From an uncultured Spirochaetota bacterium (GTDB lineage: Bacteria; Spirochaetota; Spirochaetia; SZUA-6; Fen-1364), in assembly GCA_963745235.1 (NCBI GenBank), contig CAVUXE010000025.1, positions 1-18,681 on the forward strand: a stretch of DNA of 18,681 nucleotides. Direction: 5' to 3'. Position 1 is the first letter of the stretch. Each line of letters begins with the position of its first letter. Below are positions 9,223 to 17,509 of this stretch, piece by piece. Made by a program: the position numbers and the translations under genes. The notes under the pieces are model-generated. The model was given only the letters and a program-made list of their open reading frames with translations, was not told the DNA's origin and made no database searches.

Positions 9223-10180
9223 GTGGCCACCTCGCTTTCGCTTCGTATCAAAGAGATGAATGCGTTCTCCAGGCTGGAGGGGATGACCCTGAGGGAGGTG
9301 ACCTGGATTCCCTCCACGTCCAGGGCCGCGCGCGCGGCCTGTTCCCCGGCCTGTCGCGTCCACGGCCACCGCGTTCAGCCGGTCGCCGAAGAGCTGGACC
9401 TCGCGAAGCTCGCCGAGCCTGCGCAGCACAGCGCTTGCGCGCCGGATGTCGGCGCAGATGATCTCCAGCACGGAGCCCTTCATGGCGGCCTTGATCCGCG
9501 CGGGGCTTTCAGCCGCCATGAGACGGCCCGCGTTCATGAGCCCCACGCGGCTTGCCCTTTCCGCCTCGTCCAGGTACGGGGTGGACATCACGATGGTGAT
9601 GCCTTCCCGCAGGAGCTGGGACAGGATGATCCAGAACTCCCTGCGGGAGACCGGGTCAACGCCGGTGGTCGGCTCATCCAGGAAGATGATGCGCGGGCGA
9701 TGGACCAGCGTGCAGGCAAGGGCGAGCTTCTGCTTCATGCCGCCGGAGAGGCGGTCCGCCAGGCGGCTTCGGAACGGGAGGAGCCTGTGTGAAGGAGAGC
9801 AGCTCCCGACGGCGGTCCTGGAAGTCAGCAACTCCATGGATCCGGGCAAAGAACTCGATGTTCTCATCAACGGTGAGGTCCCCGTAGAGGCTGAAGCGCT
9901 GGGAGAGATAGCCGATCTGCTCCTTCACCCAGGGAAGCTCGCGCTGGAGGTCGCGGCCGAACACCTGCACGCTTCCCGCGGCGGGCCTCAGGATTCCGCA
10001 CAGCAAGCGGATGGTGGTGGTCTTTCCCGCGCCGTCGGGGCCGACGAGCGCGAACATCTCGTTTGCCTCCACGCGCAGGTCCAGTCCTGGAGATGGCGCG
10101 CACGCTCCCGTAGCTGTAGGAGAGGCCCGTCATCTCGATTGCGGGAGTCACGCCGCGGGGCTCATACCTGCGGGAGTCAC
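9219..10180 (-). CDS. ABC transporter ATP-binding protein (like the YbhF N-terminal half), several frameshifts
   Basis: [57 protein letters not shown]. Corrected C-terminus [18 protein letters not shown] ends at a TGA overlapping the TolC ATG. Start is GTG 10180 (with RBS) or 10151. Confidence 0.85.
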
Positions 10181-10184
10181 GCCG
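10140..10184. repeat. 16-bp direct repeat x2 at the HlyD/ATPase junction
   Basis: TGCGGGAGTCACGCCG at 10140 and 10169, duplicating the start region GTG ACT CCC GCA on the minus strand. Confidence 0.75.
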
Positions 10185-11148
10185 TCACCCTCCCATCCTG
10201 GCCAGGGTGGCATCCGCCGGGCATGCCCGGCTTGAAGATCTGATCGGGATTGGAGATCTCTATCCTGACCGCATACACAAGCTTCACGCGCTCATCCTTT
10301 GTCTGGATATCCCGCGGGGTGAACTCCGCGATGGGGGAAATGTAGGTGACCTTGCCGGGATAGGTGGCGCCTTTTCGGGAGTCTATGGAGATCCGCGCCT
10401 CCTGCCCCAGGCGGATGTTGCCCAGGTCAGTTTCCGGCACGTAGATGGTGAGCTTCACGGTGCTCAGGTCCGTGATCACGTACAGCCCGGTGCCCGGCGC
10501 CGCAAGCTCTCCCTCCTCCACGAGCTTTTCCGTCACAATGCCGCTGGTGGGCGAACGCACAGTGCAGTCCTGGATGCTCTTTTCCAGGAGCCGCACCGAG
10601 TAGACGGCCTGGTCCACCCGGGCAAGCGCGGCCCTGACGTCTTCCGGCCGGGCGAAGTTCTGCAGTCTCAGCAGCGCCTGCTCTGCGGAGCTGGCCTGCG
10701 CTTTGGCGTTGGCGTAGCGGAGCTCCGCGTCGTCACGCTGCTTCTTCGTGGCAGCGTTCACCTTGAACAGGCTTTCCATCCGCTCGAAGTCTTCCTGCGC
10801 GTTTCGAAGGGTGTCATTTGCCTGGTTGACGGCGTCCTTCGCCTGGGCAAGGTCCTCTCCCCGGGCGCCCGCGGTCAGCAGGTCCAGCTGCGCTTTCGCA
10901 AGGTCCACGCCGCTTCCGGCCTGGCCGAGCTGGAGCTCCAGGGCCGCGTGATCGATCACGGCCAGGATTTCCCCCTCCTTCACGAAGGATCCTTCGCTGG
11001 CGTCCAGGTGAAGGATCTCCCCGGAGGACTTGGAAGAGACCTGCACGCTGGTGGCTTCGATGGTGCCGGAGGCCTCGATTGCGCGGGAAGCGCTGGAGCA
11101 CGCGGCCAGGATGAGACACGCCACAGCGGCTGTCAGAAACTGCTTCAT
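10185..11148 (-). CDS. HlyD-family periplasmic adaptor (YbhG-like), probable lipoprotein
   Basis: Lipobox-like LILAAC, ASGTIEA, lipoyl-like halves and coiled coil, YISPIAEFTPRDIQTKDER, KPGMP. A likely 1-nt indel near the end gives ...GMPADATLARMGG* at 10185; the ORF as read ends at 10177. Confidence 0.88.
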
Positions 11149-11774
11149 ACCTTTCCCTCCTGGGTGAAGAACTTTCGGCGAGCGTTGTCCGTGAGGATCC
11201 CGCCGAAAAGAATGCGGATGAAGGAATCGAAAAGGATTCCGGGCGCAAAAGGAAGCTTCACCATCTGGGACGGCGTCAGGACCGCGGTTATTGAGCTGAC
11301 GAAGAGCAGCGGGACAAGGCGTCCATCTATGTCCCTTCGGATGAAGCCCTTTTTTCTGCCTTCCTCAAGGAGCCGCGTGACGATGCTGAATACGTGCTCC
11401 TGGCGGAACTTGTCGATCTTTTCCCACAGCTCCGGCTTGTTGTAATAGATGTCATGGACCATCGTTTCGCTGAGCATGCTGATCTGGGCCCCGACCACCT
11501 TGAAGAGCCCGTGGATGCGATCCAACCAGGGGAGATCCACTTCCTCTCCGAGCCGGGCCGCTTCCACGCCGATTGCGGCAATCCTCTCCTCCACCGCGGC
11601 TGAGATGAGGGCGTCCTTGTTCGGGAAGTACTTGTACAGGGTCTTCTTGCTGATGCCCTGGATGGAAGCAATCTCTTCCATTGAAAGGGCGCTCACGCCC
11701 CGCTGGAAGAAAATGGTGCGGGACCGATCCAGGATCATTCTGCGCTTTTCTGCGTCCGGATTTCTTTTTGCCAT
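11145..11774 (-). CDS. TetR/AcrR family transcriptional regulator
   Basis: N-terminal HTH ILDRSRTIFFQRGVSALSMEEIASIQGISKKTLYKYFPNKDAL; first gene of the efflux operon. Confidence 0.93.
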   Translation of the reverse strand: MAKRNPDAEKRRMILDRSRTIFFQRGVSALSMEEIASIQGISKKTLYKYFPNKDALISAAVEERIAAIGVEAARLGEEVDLPWLDRIHGLFKVVGAQISMLSETMVHDIYYNKPELWEKIDKFRQEHVFSIVTRLLEEGRKKGFIRRDIDGRLVPLLFVSSITAVLTPSQMVKLPFAPGILFDSFIRILFGGILTDNARRKFFTQEGKV

Positions 11775-11786
11775 ACCATCCCCAAA

Positions 11787-11814
11787 GGAAACGAATTATG
11801 TGTAAATCGTTTCC
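11787..11814. promoter_or_regulatory. putative TetR operator (inverted repeat)
   Basis: GGAAACGAATTA-TGTG-TAAATCGTTTCC with 11/12 symmetric arms, between the -10 box and the tetR start. Confidence 0.7.
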
Positions 11815-11820
11815 ATTCAG

Positions 11821-11849
11821 AATATAGAGCATGAAACCTCTGGCGTCAA
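11821..11849 (-). promoter_or_regulatory. sigma70 promoter of the tetR-efflux operon
   Basis: TTGACG-N17-TATATT on the minus strand. Confidence 0.7.
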
Positions 11850-11909
11850 GCGGTGTTCTCTTTAGTGGTAGGGCCTTTGCCACCGATACTAGGGGAGGGG
11901 CGGTACAGG

Positions 11910-12467
11910 ATGAAAACATCGACGCGCGACATTCTCTTCATCTTCATCGGTCTTTTCGTTTCCATTGGAACGGTGTGGGCATCAAGGGCGGGAGTGGAGA
12001 TGCGCCTGGGCAAGGACGTGGCGTACCTCAACAACGTCGGCAGAAGCGCATCCGGGGAGAGGTCGCTCAGCCGGTCACTGCAGGAGAAGTTCGGGGCGGA
12101 TGCTGCGCAGATCGAGGGTCTGAGAAAGCAACGCCTGGGCTACGGGGACATCTCCGTCGTCATGGCCCTGGCGTCCCGCCTGCATGGCGGCATCAGCAGG
12201 CTTAATATAGAAAGAATTGTTTCGCGATGGCGGGCCCCGCGGTCGGGAGACTGGGCGCGCATCGCCCGGTCCATGGGCGTCCGCGTGGACAGGGTGGTGC
12301 TCCAGATAGAGAGCCTGACGACCAGGGAGAGCAGGACTTCCGTGGGGACCACGGCCGCGCGAACGACAGGCACGGGAACGACCTCCTCCGGGACAACTGC
12401 CACGGGGACTACTGCCGCCCGTTCAAGAAGCTATGACCCTGTGTGGAAGCTGGTGCACGGCGGCTGA
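11910..12467 (+). CDS. hypothetical exported protein with Thr/Gly-rich tail
   Basis: GGGGAGGGG RBS; signal-peptide-like MKTSTRDILFIFIGLFVSIGTVWA; helical core LGYGDISVVMALA...GDWARIARSMGV; low-complexity GTT repeats. Confidence 0.7.
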   Translation: MKTSTRDILFIFIGLFVSIGTVWASRAGVEMRLGKDVAYLNNVGRSASGERSLSRSLQEKFGADAAQIEGLRKQRLGYGDISVVMALASRLHGGISRLNIERIVSRWRAPRSGDWARIARSMGVRVDRVVLQIESLTTRESRTSVGTTAARTTGTGTTSSGTTATGTTAARSRSYDPVWKLVHGG

Positions 12468-12579
12468 CGCGTCACTGGGGCCGATGCACAGTCCATGACT
12501 GACGCGTCACTGGGGCCGATGCGCAGTCCATGACTGACGCGTCACTGGGGCCGATGCGCAGTCCATGACTGACGCGTCA
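12464..12579. repeat. 35-bp tandem repeat x3.3 containing the palindrome TGACGCGTCA
   Basis: CTGACGCGTCACTGGGGCCGATGC(A/G)CAGTCCATGA at 12464, 12499 and 12534, with a partial copy at 12569. Confidence 0.95.
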
Positions 12580-13400
12580 GCCCGCCGTGACTCCGGCCCG
12601 TGCTGCTCCGGCCCTTTGCCATGTGATTCATGGGCCCGTGGCCGTGCCCGAGTGACAGCGCTGCTGACGCCTTGAGGATCCTGGTCACGTAGCGCTTCGC
12701 CGCACGCACGGCATCCAGGGTCGAGTCGCCAAGGGCGAGCCTTGCCGCAATCGCGGAAGCGAACGTGCAGCCCGTCCCGTGCGTATTGCGCGTGTCGATG
12801 CGGCGCGCGGACAGTTCCTGGAACTTCTTCCCGTCAAAGAAAAGGTCCGTGCTGTAGCCCGGTCCCCAGCAGGTGCCCGCCCTTCACCACAACGCACTTC
12901 GGTCCCCGCGCGTGGATTGCCCTGGCGGCCTCCCGCATGCCCTCCAGGTCCATGATGGAAAAGCCGCAGAGCACCTCCGCTTCCGGCAGGTTGGGGGTGA
13001 CCACCGCGGCCAGCGGCAGGAGCGTTTCAATCAGGGCGCCGCGGGCCTTTGGCTCCAGGAGCGGGTCTCCGCTCTTTGCAACCATGACCGGGTCCACAAC
13101 GAGCGGCCGGAGCTTGTGCTGCACGACCTTGGCAGCCACCGCCTCGATGATCCCCTGGTTGGAGAGCATGCCCGTCTTCACGGCGTCCGCGCCAATGTCC
13201 TTGATGACGGCGTCTATCTGGAGCGCCACGAACTTCGGCGTGACGGGAAAGATCCCGAGCACTCCTTCGGTGTTCTGCGCGGTGAGGGCGGTGATGGCGC
13301 TCATCCCGTAGACCCCAAGCGCCGCGAACGTCTTCAGGTCCGCCTGGATTCCCGCCCCGCCGCCGGAATCCGAGCCTGCAATTGTCAGCGCCCTTTTCAT
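12542..13400 (-). CDS. thiD: hydroxymethylpyrimidine/phosphomethylpyrimidine kinase (frameshift at about 12860)
   Basis: [46 protein letters not shown]; the alternate frame continues [15 protein letters not shown]...GHGHGPMNH. Confidence 0.93.
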
Positions 13401-14406
13401 TTGAAGTGATCCCATCCCGCATCTCCCAGGGGCAGTGTTTTTCCGTCAGGGAGAACGAGCTGGGCCGGTTGGTCCGCGGGGAGGATCTCCCCGATGATCG
13501 TGACCGGCGTCCCCGTCTCCGCCGTGATCCTCTGCGCGAGCCTCTCCGCTTTCCCCGGAGGCGCCGTGATCAGAAGCTCGTAATCCTCTCCCCCATGAAG
13601 CGCAAAGTGCCACTCATCCCCGCGCGCGGACTGGGAAAGCGCCCGGTTCTCCGGACGCACGGGGAACCGCGCCGCCTCCAGCCGGGCGCTCACGCCGCTT
13701 TTCTGGCAGACATGGCCCAGGTCCCCTGCAATGCCATCACTCACGTCGATCATGGAGCTGGCCTGGCGCAGGGCGCCAATCAGCGCCCCCTCCTTGACCC
13801 GCGGCGTTGGAGAGTACTGACGCTCCCCGGCGGTAGCGGCGTAGGACTCATCCGTCTTCAGGTTGTGGTCAAGGAGGAGCGCCACCCCCGCGGCGGCATC
13901 ACCGACGCTGCCCGTGACCATGATCCTGTCTCCCGCCTTTGCTCCTGACCTGAGCACCACGTTGTCCCGCAGAGTCTCCCCCAGGAGAAAGACGTCAATG
14001 AACATTCCCAGCCGGGAGCGCGAGATATTTCCGCCAACGATCTCCACGCCGAACTTTTCCCCCTCTTCACGGAGGCCCGCGTACAGCTCGTCAACGAAGC
14101 TCACCTCCATGTCGCCGGGCAGCCCCAGCGACACCAGGGCAAACCTGGGGATGCCCCCCGCGGAGGCTATGTCGCTCAGGTTGATTGCAAGCGCTTTGCG
14201 CCCGAGGCTCCGGGGCGGGATTGCATCCCGCAGGAAGTGCGCCCCCTCCACCTGGACGTCGCAGGTGGCAAGCCACACGCTTTCAGCGGACCCTTCCACC
14301 ACGGCCACATCGTCTCCAATACCCACCACCACATTCGGCCCCGGCTCGGGAGCGCGGAGCGGATCCTGTCGATGAGGCCGAACTCTCCCAACTGATCGAT
14401 TTTCAA
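13397..14406 (-). CDS. thiL: thiamine-monophosphate kinase (frameshift at about 14345)
   Basis: [51 protein letters not shown]; TTG start with GAGGA RBS. Confidence 0.92.
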
Positions 14407-14413
14407 GGTGTCC

Positions 14414-15043
14414 TCATTTTTGCGATGCGGCTGCCACTGCGGCGTGAATGGCCCGCGCCGCCGCTTCGATGTCTTCCGCGGCCACGACCGCAGACACTAC
14501 TGCCACTCCCGCCGCCCCAGCCGCAATGATCGAGGCGGCATTCCGGGCGTTGATCCCGCCTATGGCCACGACAGGGATACTCACGGCACCGGCCAGTTGA
14601 CGCAGGCCCTCCACGCCCATGGGAGCCGGCGCATCCGGCTTTGTGGGCGTTGCGAATATGGGGCTTGCCCCGATGTAGTCAGCGCCGTCCGCCATTGCCT
14701 TCTTCGCTTCCTGGACGTTCCCCGCGGAGACCCCCAGGATCCGCCCCTTGCCGATCATCCTGCGGGCAAGGTATGCCGGCATGTCATCCTGGCCCACGTG
14801 CACTCCGTCCGCATCCACCGCCAGGGCCACATCGACCCTGTCGTTCACAATGAACGGCACGCCCGCCGCCCGGCACAGCTGCCGGACTTCGCGCGCTTCT
14901 TCGATCATCCGGCGGGTGGTTGCGGACTTCTCCCGGTACTGGACCACCGTCACCCCGCCGCGCACCGCCGCTTCTACCACGTGCGTGAGCGGTCTGCCCA
15001 GGGAGAGACCCGCATCCGTGACGAGGTACAGCGTGTAGTCCAC
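14414..15043 (-). CDS. thiE: thiamine-phosphate synthase
   Basis: LYLVTD, VQYREK, FIVNDRVDVALAVDADGVHVGQDD, TPTKPD, VVAIGGI. Confidence 0.96.
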   Translation of the reverse strand: MDYTLYLVTDAGLSLGRPLTHVVEAAVRGGVTVVQYREKSATTRRMIEEAREVRQLCRAAGVPFIVNDRVDVALAVDADGVHVGQDDMPAYLARRMIGKGRILGVSAGNVQEAKKAMADGADYIGASPIFATPTKPDAPAPMGVEGLRQLAGAVSIPVVAIGGINARNAASIIAAGAAGVAVVSAVVAAEDIEAAARAIHAAVAAASQK

Positions 15044-15051
15044 CGGTGTTC

Positions 15052-15882
15052 TCAGCTCAGCTCCAGGATGCGGGCGCCCTTTGTCACGTCCCCCGGCCTG
15101 AGGTTGTAGAGGCAGTCAATCAGCGCCGTGCGGAAGGAACCGGGCCCCCGGACGCCCCTTGCGGCGTTCTGCGCGGCAAGGCCGTAGGCGGCCAGGGCGC
15201 ACGTCGTTGCCAGGAGCCTGTCCAGCTCAACCGCGCAGAAGATTGCAATCACGGTGGTGGCCATGCACCCGGTGCCGGTCACGGTCTTCAGCATCTGGTG
15301 GCCGTTGTCCACGCCCAGCACGCGCGTGCCATCCGAGATGACGTCACGCTTGCCCGTGATGGCAACCACTGTGGTCCTGCGTTTCGCCAGGTCCCGCGCG
15401 ACCCCCGCGGGGTCTTTCACCCCTTCCACCGATTCAACCCCCTTCACCATCCCGCCCGCGCCTGCAAGCGCGCCCACTTCCCCCGAGTTGCCGCGAATCA
15501 CATCCACGTGCATCTCTTTCATGATGCGCTCCGCGGTCTCGTTGCGATACCGTGTGGCTCCGACACCCACGGGGTCATAGATCACGGGCACGCCGCGCTC
15601 GTTGGCGCGCTTGCCCGCAATGATCATGGCATCCACGAGGTCCGGGTACAAGGTGCCGGGGTTCAGGATCAGCGCCCCCGCGGCCTCCACCATGTCCGCC
15701 ACTTCCTCCTTTGCGTGGGACATCACCGGCAGCGCACTGAGGGCAAGCGTCGCATTGGCCGTGTCGTTCATGACCACCCAGTTGGTCATGTGATGGATGA
15801 GCGGGTGGCGCTGGTGGATGCGCTCCAGGAGCTCGGCCGCTATTGCGCCGAAGCTCTTCGTGTGAATATCAGGTGCGGTCAT
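15052..15882 (-). CDS. thiM: hydroxyethylthiazole kinase
   Basis: PLIHHMTNWVVMNDTANATLA, NPGTL, DPVGVGAT, IRGNSGE, VTGTGC, GPGSF; ATG 15882 with GGAGG RBS. Confidence 0.95.
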   Translation of the reverse strand: MTAPDIHTKSFGAIAAELLERIHQRHPLIHHMTNWVVMNDTANATLALSALPVMSHAKEEVADMVEAAGALILNPGTLYPDLVDAMIIAGKRANERGVPVIYDPVGVGATRYRNETAERIMKEMHVDVIRGNSGEVGALAGAGGMVKGVESVEGVKDPAGVARDLAKRRTTVVAITGKRDVISDGTRVLGVDNGHQMLKTVTGTGCMATTVIAIFCAVELDRLLATTCALAAYGLAAQNAARGVRGPGSFRTALIDCLYNLRPGDVTKGARILELS

Positions 15883-17255
15883 TCTTTGTCCTCCATGTGA
15901 ATCCGACTGCCAGGGAAAGCAGGAAAGCCACGGCAAAGCTCGGCAGTGAGCCGCCTGCCGCTCCCAGGGATGCAGGCACGAGCTTCTGCCATGCGGGGAA
16001 AATTGCGCCCAGGGTGCCGGGGTTTGCCAGGTGGTACACGGCCACACCGATGACCCATACGATCATTGCCGGGATGTTCACTCCGCCGGTGTACCAGTAC
16101 GCTCCGCGGGTCTTGTAGAACTCTTCCACCTTGTAGCCGCGGCCGCGCAGCACGAAGTAGTCGGCGGTGAGGATCCCGAACAACGGCACGAAGAAGGAGC
16201 CGATCACGAACAGGAAGTTCTGGTACCGCGTGATGTCCAGGAACACCGCCACCAGGAAACACGCAACGCCCAGCCCCGTGATGAGCCAGCGCTGCTTCAC
16301 CTTCGGGAAGAGATTCTGGATGGAGACGGCGGATGAATACAGGTCCGCCCACGCGTTGTGCGTCTCATCCGCAAGGAGAATCAGGAGCGCCACCCACCCG
16401 GCAGTGAGCGCGATTGCCGAAGCGAAGTCCCTCGGCTCCTGCGCAACCTTCGAGCCCAGGAGCAGCATGGCGCCCAAGGGCCAGGAACCACGCGTTGGTG
16501 ACGAAGAACCCGATCATGGTGCCCAGGAACCCGCGGCCCGTGGACCGGGAGAACCTGTTGTAATCCGCAACCAGCGGAAGCCACGAGATGGGGAGGGCAA
16601 TGGCCAGGTCGACGCCAATCCCGAAGGAAAGGGAGCCGTCCCCAGCCTGCCTCAAGAGGGCGTGGATGTCGTAGCGCGTGAAAACGAGCACGGTAAGCCA
16701 GACCCCCGTGGCAAGCGCAATCCAGACGGCAAACTTCTCCAGCCACTGGCGGACCACGCCGATGGGACCGCCAACCCCCATCAGGATGACTATGGCCGCG
16801 AACACGGCGGCCCAGACAACGTAGCTGCCCGTGCCGAAAAGGGTGCGGGCGATTGTGGATGCGGCCACCCCCATGACGACAAACTCGAAGATGGTCCATC
16901 CGATGAGCTGGAGCACGTTCAGCACCGTGGGCACGTAGCTTCCGCGCACGCCAAGCACCGGGCGCAGGAGCACCATGGTGGGCGCGCCGGTTGCGCTGCC
17001 CGCAACGCCAACCAGGGCAAGGAGCAGGCAGCCCGCGGCGCTGCCAATCAGGACGGCAAGAAGCGCCTGGCCGAGCCCCAGCCCCGGCACCAGGAATGTG
17101 CCTGCCAGCATGACAAGGAGCCCGATCCCCAGGTCTCCCCACAGGACAAGGAAGTCCATGAAGCCAAGCACCCGGTTCTGCCGCGGGACAGGCTCGATCC
17201 CCCATTCGGGCGGGGCGTGCGTGAGAATCCTCTGTATTGCCTTCGAGGTCATCAT
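15869..17255 (-). CDS. cytX: NCS1-family putative hydroxymethylpyrimidine transporter (frameshift at about 16480)
   Basis: GIEPVP, LNVLQLIGWTIFE, PISWLPLVADYNRF, ADLYSSAVS, IGSFFVPLFGILTADYF; first gene after a TPP riboswitch. Confidence 0.8.
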
Positions 17256-17293
17256 GTTCAATCAACTCCCTGCGTCGGGGCGATAAAGGAGAC

Positions 17294-17328
17294 AAAAAAA
17301 GCCGCCCCAGTGTTCGCCGGGGCGGCTT
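17294..17328 (-). terminator. intrinsic terminator (riboswitch expression platform)
   Basis: AAGCCGCCCCGG-CGAACA-CTGGGGCGGC followed by TTTTTTT on the minus strand. Confidence 0.9.
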
Positions 17329-17339
17329 CCCAATGCCGG

Positions 17340-17440
17340 TGTACCGTCCCTGCGCTGGCATTATCCAGATCAGGTTCAACGGGTCGGCGGCTAACAGCCG
17401 CCATCTCAGCCCGGTCTCTACCGAGCTCCCCGAAAAATGT
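17340..17440 (-). ncRNA. TPP riboswitch (THI element)
   Basis: Minus strand reads GGGGAGC...GCTGAGA...GACCCGTTGAACCTGATCTGGATAATGCCAGCGCAGGGA; it lies upstream of thiamine genes. Confidence 0.96.
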
Positions 17441-17455
17441 CTCCTGCTGATTTTG

Positions 17456-17484
17456 AATGTAGCGATGGATCAAGACGGTGTCAA
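17456..17484 (-). promoter_or_regulatory. sigma70 promoter of the thi operon
   Basis: TTGACA-N17-TACATT on the minus strand just upstream of the aptamer. Confidence 0.8.
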
Positions 17485-17509
17485 CACAAACGGGGGAACC
17501 GTGAGCCGC

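Noticed and set aside
7891-9870. Apparent 659-aa ABC ATPase-TolC fusion
   Set aside because: It is an artefact of a frameshift near 9350. The ATPase's proper C-terminus (SLENAFISL) is in another frame and stops at 9219, and TolC has its own RBS, ATG and signal peptide.
8578-11445. Long plus-strand ORFs (8578..9792, 9446..10243, 10207..11445) and similar ones such as 16167..17450 and minus-strand 2550..3581
   Set aside because: They are antisense shadows of well-supported genes, expected in high-GC DNA, and carry no recognisable motifs.
12464-12579. CRISPR array
   Set aside because: The units are head-to-tail with no unique spacers, and there are no cas genes in the window.
110-17255. Mass pseudogenisation or programmed frameshifting (breaks in at least 11 genes)
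   Set aside because: The indels fall mostly in G/C homopolymers, affect unrelated and housekeeping genes alike, and I noticed no in-frame nonsense codons. This is typical of unpolished long-read consensus; read polishing would confirm it.
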